Source: Paraphysomonas bandaiensis (lineage: Eukaryota; Protista; Chrysophyceae). Taken from it: a stretch of DNA of 14,758 nucleotides. Where the stretch lies: the NCBI GenBank assembly GCA_965644295.1, contig CBFFRP010000601.1, positions 1-14,758 on the forward strand, in the 5' to 3' direction. A program made the translations under genes and the position numbers. Position 1 is the first letter of the stretch; every line of letters begins with the position of its first letter. Shown piece after piece: positions 9,624 to 14,758 of the stretch. Below the pieces are notes generated by a model. The model made no database searches, had not been told where the DNA came from, and saw only the letters and a program-made list of their open reading frames with translations.

Positions 9624-12600
9624 TTACTCCTGGAAAATCGGGGGCATGATATCAATCTCCTTTACAGCTGACATCCTCTCAGGCTCATCTGGGGCGTCAC
9701 TGTCCTCAAATGCCCTGCTAAAGAGTAGCGACGATCCATTTGCAACAACAAAAAGAAGTGACCCAACATCAATTAACACAGCTTGCCACAGAGTCAACAT
9801 GCCTGCGTTGTTCATACAATAGTGGAGCAAGAATTAAACAAGTAAAAGCACTGGCAGCACTCTATACCTAATATTGCCATGACAATGGCAGCAAGCTTGA
9901 TAGCGATTGCAAATACGCAATTCTGCACAATAACTGTACGGGCTGTGCGGCATATCGATACCGCAGATGGTAGTCGCAAGAGGTTATTAGACAGAATAAC
10001 CACATCAGCTGCCGCCACTACCATGTTTAATCAGGTCACAGTTACTACGATAAACCTGTGCTATATACCTGCCATTGCTGATCCTCCTGCGCCCATGGCA
10101 ACACCAACACGGGAAGCAGCAAGTGCCTACATACACGCATCGTGAAAAAAGACTTTGCAAAACCAAATTTCGACTTACCGTTGCATCCTGCGGTCACAAG
10201 ATATAAATGATCATGTTATCAAAATCAGTACAGTATTTACAATATTCAGTGTTTATCAAATGTAATCACAAACATCAAATAACTTACGTTGATTCCATCA
10301 CCCAGCATAATGACTCCTTGCTTCGTCTTCTTTCCTTGTTTGTCTACTTGGGAGCTTATGATCCAGTGAAGCTTCTCATGTGGAAGTAAACGCGCCTTAC
10401 AGTTTTCCGGAGGGATCGACAAAGCATTGCACACCTTCAAACATTGGTATCACAATGCTCAAACAGAATTCGCAAGAGAACGCAACCACTGCAGCACATA
10501 CCTGTCTCGCAACTTGTTCGTGATCTCCAGTGAGCATTGTGATAGAAAAGTGCATGCGCATCATTCGTTGAACCAAAAGCTCCGCATCAGTTCTTATTTG
10601 GTCTGCTCATAAAAAGTTAAACTACGAATATACCCCATATCGACGGTATATCAAAATAAGCTTCGTGCCTACTTCATATGCCATGACATGAACAAATAAG
10701 TCACCTGCAAGTGCCATAATTGCTTTGATTTCATCTTCAATCACGACAAATAGGACCATCTCCCCGGGAAATCTAGCTACAAACGCATCGATCTCCTTCT
10801 GCATAGCTTTCGACGGCCTTACTTTACCGCCATGAGATTTAAGAAGTCGCTCGTTTCCAACAGCAATATGCATCCAATCATCTCCAACTTCCACCCACCC
10901 CTGCATACCCACACCATCCATGACCTGTACCTTTTTTACTTCAGGTAGTTTCCCCTCATAGTCAGCGATACAGCCACAGTAGGCTACGGGCACAGTTAGC
11001 AATTGGAATGGTGAGAGAGACAACAAAAGAACTGGCTGAAAGTTTATACGGGGCAACACGGGTACCTGACACAATAGCATTTGCCAAAGGGTGCGCCGAT
11101 TTACTCTCAAGTGCTGCGGCTAAAGCCATCGGATCATACTCTTCTTCAAATTCATCATCATCGATATCCGCGAGGTTCCGACTGAGTACAAAATCGTGTC
11201 AATCAGAAAATCATTTATACAAAGCACACAATAGCGTCAAAAACAGTTCTCAGAAGTTGCATATGTACTCAAATACTAGCTGTACCAAGGTTCGAAGCTA
11301 CGGCTTCGCATTACGCACCTCTCAGTGACGCTGAAAAACCCCTTTGTCAGCGTGCCAGTTTTGTCTGCCCCTAGCTGATTCACCACTCCCAAACTCTCTA
11401 CAACAGAGGAACCTACAAGCAAGCAAACATAAATATCTTACTTTGTTGCACAACAGGATATCATTATATGCGTGACACATGTGCGATTTGCATTTGTTCG
11501 GCAAACATACACGTGGAGATCAATGTCACATTTATACCTTTAATGAGTACACCATGCCTGGCAGCTGTAGCCACGGCACAGACAGATGGTATCGGGGCTG
11601 CAATTACAATTGCACACGGGCATGCCAACACTAGCAACACGAGTGCCCGATGTGTCCACATATGCCACTCTTGTGTAACTCCCCCGGCAATTACAGCCAG
11701 AGCTAGAGCAGCCACAAGCACAGCAGGTGTCCATACACCAGCAAATCGGTCAACCAACTCTGCAAACTTCCCTCGGTCTGCTTGCACCTCCACTACCTTC
11801 TCGTTAAGCTTTCGGACAGTGCTCTCTCTAGGGTCGGTCGTGACTTCAACTTCTATATATCCATTCTGCACGACAGTCCCGCTGATAACTTTGTCGCCGA
11901 CTTTTTTGGCCATGGGCACAGCTTCTCCAGTAAGTGCACTCTCGTCAAGGACTGCTTGTCCTGTGGTAACCACACCATCTGCAAGGATCATATCTCCAGC
12001 CCTCACTGCAATCGTATCGCCCAGTTTAAGGTCATCCACCAAGATGGACTCGCCATTACTGAGAGTGGCCGTCTTGGGCATGCCACTGACACCAAGTTTA
12101 ACAGCATTTCGTACGCGGCGCATCACCTCGCCCTCTATCAGTTCGGCTATGATGAACAGAGTTACGACTAATGCAGCATCCAGGTACTCCTGAGAGGATA
12201 TAGCTCCAACAACAGCAACAAGCATCAGGATATGGATATCGATAGACAGCCGTATCAAAGATATAAAAGCCGCGTAAAGAATAGGGACAAGGCCGATAGC
12301 GGTACAAGCAACGTAACCCACGAAATCATACTCATCATACTTATTGACGGCGTCATACACAATCGCCGCCAGAAAAAGGCTTGCTACGGTGAAGGCGTGG
12401 AATAAGCTGGCATAATCTGGAGCAGCATCCTGTGTGTCCGAATCGTCCGCATTTGCTTCCTGTATTGAGGCCCCCAATCTCTGATCATTGAGGAGTGTGA
12501 CAATCTTATCGGACGGGGCACAACAATCAACAGAGCAGTGCTTCACAACAGCATATCTACCAATCACATTAATAGAAATATCTTCTATTCCAGACACTTG

Positions 12601-12840
12601 TTCAAGTGTGACACGAATAATACGCTCCTCTCCAGCACCTTCCATATAACACACACAGTCAACTACATACTCACATATACAGTCATTCTTACAGCATAAA
12701 TTAGCGATCCTAAATCTTGTGCTGGTCATTGAATGAGGAATATCACTACTAGGATCACATGAGCTGCATATTAAGTGTTGATGAGGGTCTGATTCATTGA
12801 GCTCATAGTAATTATCCCCCGACCCCACTCTCCCAAGCAT
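9624..12840 (-). CDS. P1B-2 type heavy-metal (Zn/Cd/Pb) transporting P-type ATPase, HMA2/4-like, 11 exons, about 793 aa
   Basis: Exons (minus strand) 12840-12693, 12638-11538, 11412-11319, 11181-11066, 10983-10705, 10602-10502, 10434-10288, 10187-10179, 10126-10069, 10017-9868, 9802-9624. They sum to 2382 nt in frame. Motifs: CCAGE metal-binding domain, LTGEA (A domain), ACPCA (metal-binding helix), DKTGTLT (phosphorylation site), ESKSAHP (N domain), MLTGD, GDGINDA. A Lys in the penultimate helix (AIKLAA) and DxG in the last helix (IDVGS) give the P1B-2 signature. Confidence 0.95.
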
Positions 12841-13031
12841 CTCCAGAGTTAATCAATGTGTGGGAATGATTAGTAAGATAGCAAGTGACTAAAGGTGGTC
12901 CCAAGAGAAGGTAGAATTAATTCTGGACCTTAAATTCGATGTATTCATATCATAATCCACTCCCAGTGAGAGACTATATATAGCTGCATATACAGTACAC
13001 ACAGAGTATAGAAGTACACTATGTAGGAATA

Positions 13032-13121
13032 CAGTGGATGGCCCCTATAAGGTGGCCCCTATAAGGTGCCTGGCCCCTATAAGGTGCGCCCATTTGAGAT
13101 CCTTATAGGGGCCATCCACTG
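13032..13121. mobile_element. 90-bp non-autonomous Tc1/mariner-pogo-type MITE
   Basis: Perfect 21-bp terminal inverted repeats CAGTGGATGGCCCCTATAAGG (13032-13052 and 13101-13121), flanked by TA on both sides (13030-31, 13122-23). CAGT ends plus a TA target duplication are the Tc1/pogo hallmark. Confidence 0.85.
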
Positions 13122-13128
13122 TATCCTC

Positions 13129-13198
13129 TATGAATACTGGTGTACCTTGCTACGGTGTACTGCTGTACATACAGCAGTACATAGGTACATTATTCATA
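13129..13198. repeat. Interrupted inverted repeat (long hairpin)
   Basis: Nested complementary arms: TATGAATA (13129-36) / TATTCATA (13191-98); TGTACCT (13141-47) / AGGTACA (13183-89); TGTACTGCTGTA (13156-67) / TACAGCAGTACA (13170-81), with a 2-nt loop. Confidence 0.75.
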
Positions 13199-13384
13199 TT
13201 GTCTGTGGTATCTGACCATATCTATAACATACACTGCTGCTGACTGCATGCTCGCATCCCGAATAGAGTATCACTTATTGTAGAATTATTATGCGACTAT
13301 CAGTGTGATGAACCTCATATCCACTCATGAGATGGCATTATATCCAGTGTCTTAATATCCATCCCTCGACGACAGTGTTAAGCC

Positions 13385-14719
13385 ATGCGAGCACTGTGTT
13401 CTCATCATGTTATCACCCGCAGTCTCTTGCTTCTTCTATTTATAGTTTATATCTTTATATATATTAGAAGCGTTTATATATCTGTTAAGAGTGAGAGCTC
13501 ACTGGTGGATACTCTCACTGTCCACTCCCCTGATGTATGGAATATGAAGATGCTGGATCTTGTTAAGGTTTCTCCTGAGAAGATGGCTCTTCTAGAAACA
13601 TACTCCTCTAGAAATGTGGTTAACTTGTCGTTAGAAAGCAAGAAACAGCTCTGTAAACGATATGGGTTCAAGTTGCTTCCTGCTGAAGCCCCTTTTCCAC
13701 GAATATTCTATGGGGCTATGTTTAGCAAGGAAGTTGATGTGCTCCATATGGCTCTATATGAGATGATAGATTTATTGCACAGCTATACTCTTGTGGAGGC
13801 GAATGTAACGTTTTCAGGGGAGCCAAGAGCAATTCGATTCCCATCATTTATAAAGCGGTTTGTAGAGCACCGAAGTCCAGGCAACATGACTTTGGTTGAT
13901 AAAATAGTATATTCGATATGGTCTCAGGAAGGAAAAAAGGAGTATTATGCCTCCTCGGATTCTCCTTTACCTGGCGACAAGCATTACGGACGCGAAGAGG
14001 CCATCCGAAACTCAATCGGAGATGTGTGGCGTGACCTTGGTATGCGACACTCTGACTTAGCTATCGTGTCAGATGCCGATGAATATATTTCACGAGACTT
14101 TTTAATGGCGCTCCAAGTGTGTGATCCTTTCCCGATGTACAGGAAGCATTTAATTGAGCCAGGAATGAAACAGAATAGGTGCCGGAAGACTAAACTCATG
14201 TCTAGATCCAACACATATTCGTCCTATATGGATTGCCCTCAGCAGGCAAAGTATCATAACCAGACGAAGGTCTATAAAGGCATACGAATGTACTGGCATC
14301 CAGATATTATTCCGGCATCATGTTTATTAGACCGAGATGCGAATACAACCGTAGAGAATTTGAGAACAAGGCCCGGATCTCGTCGACTCATGAATAAAGT
14401 TGTGGGATGGCACTATAGGAATATCATGTCCCCTGAAGATGTGCTGAAGAAGTACAGGACCTATGGACATCCCAGTGAGAGTCCACCAATGGTAAGGTAT
14501 AATGTAACGGGCGGAATACTAGGACTAGAACATATAATGATGGAACGGAAAGATGATTGTAGCCTACGTATCCAACTACTAAAAGAAACAAATTCTAGCT
14601 GGTTAGAGGCGCCTTTGATTCTACAGAGAGATGAATATATCGATATGTTTCGACCTTTATTTTTAAATATATCGGAGTATATCGAAATATTGAATTATAA
14701 TACAAGAAGACTATCATGA
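13385..14719 (+). CDS. Glycosyltransferase family 17 (beta-1,4-N-acetylglucosaminyltransferase III / MGAT3-like), type II membrane protein, 444 aa, single exon
   Basis: N-terminal hydrophobic anchor (LLLLLFIVYIFIYI). GT17 motifs RIFYGAMFSKEVDVL, LVEANVTFSGEPR, DxD-type VSDADE and GWHY. The ORF is uninterrupted. Confidence 0.85.
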   Translation: MRALCSHHVITRSLLLLLFIVYIFIYIRSVYISVKSESSLVDTLTVHSPDVWNMKMLDLVKVSPEKMALLETYSSRNVVNLSLESKKQLCKRYGFKLLPAEAPFPRIFYGAMFSKEVDVLHMALYEMIDLLHSYTLVEANVTFSGEPRAIRFPSFIKRFVEHRSPGNMTLVDKIVYSIWSQEGKKEYYASSDSPLPGDKHYGREEAIRNSIGDVWRDLGMRHSDLAIVSDADEYISRDFLMALQVCDPFPMYRKHLIEPGMKQNRCRKTKLMSRSNTYSSYMDCPQQAKYHNQTKVYKGIRMYWHPDIIPASCLLDRDANTTVENLRTRPGSRRLMNKVVGWHYRNIMSPEDVLKKYRTYGHPSESPPMVRYNVTGGILGLEHIMMERKDDCSLRIQLLKETNSSWLEAPLILQRDEYIDMFRPLFLNISEYIEILNYNTRRLS

Positions 14720-14758
14720 CAATGTTAATATTATTTTTGTTATAAGGCCGGGGAGAAC

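Larger units (their letters stand above)
12841..13384. promoter_or_regulatory. Divergent (head-to-head) intergenic region, presumed promoter(s) of the ATPase and GT17 genes
   Basis: 544 bp between two oppositely oriented start codons. Function is inferred from position only. Confidence 0.55.

Noticed and set aside
11468-12193. 241-aa plus-strand ORF, and the other short ORFs overlapping the ATPase, helicase and GT17 genes
   Set aside because: These are antisense or alternative-frame shadows of well-supported coding exons and show no motifs.
13039-13086. Short direct repeats as a CRISPR-like array
   Set aside because: There are no spacers, the context is eukaryotic, and the MITE explains them.

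Overview
Eukaryotic genomic window, probably from a microbial eukaryote. It has many short GT-AG introns of 45-140 bp; the lineage cannot be fixed from the sequence. Three genes can be reconstructed by hand. (1) An 8-exon Ski2/DDX60-like SF2 RNA helicase (+, 3256-7182, about 1186 aa). (2) An 11-exon P1B-2 Zn/Cd-type heavy-metal ATPase (-, 12840-9624, about 793 aa), with a plant HMA2/4-like CCxxE N-terminal metal-binding domain and a 9-bp microexon inside the GDGxND hinge. (3) An intronless GT17 (GnT-III/MGAT3-like) glycosyltransferase (+, 13385-14719). The intergenic DNA holds a 90-bp TA-flanked Tc1/pogo-type MITE and a long hairpin in the divergent ATPase/GT17 spacer, and a frameshifted relic resembling viral UL9/origin-binding-type helicases (about 1050-1470). 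It also holds a diverged ~209-bp tandem duplication, a Tudor-like orphan ORF within a decayed region, and an apparent excess of TACWGTA heptamers that match Tc1/mariner excision footprints. No database searches were run. Family calls rest on motif recognition, and splice models rest on GT/AG sites plus reading-frame continuity.
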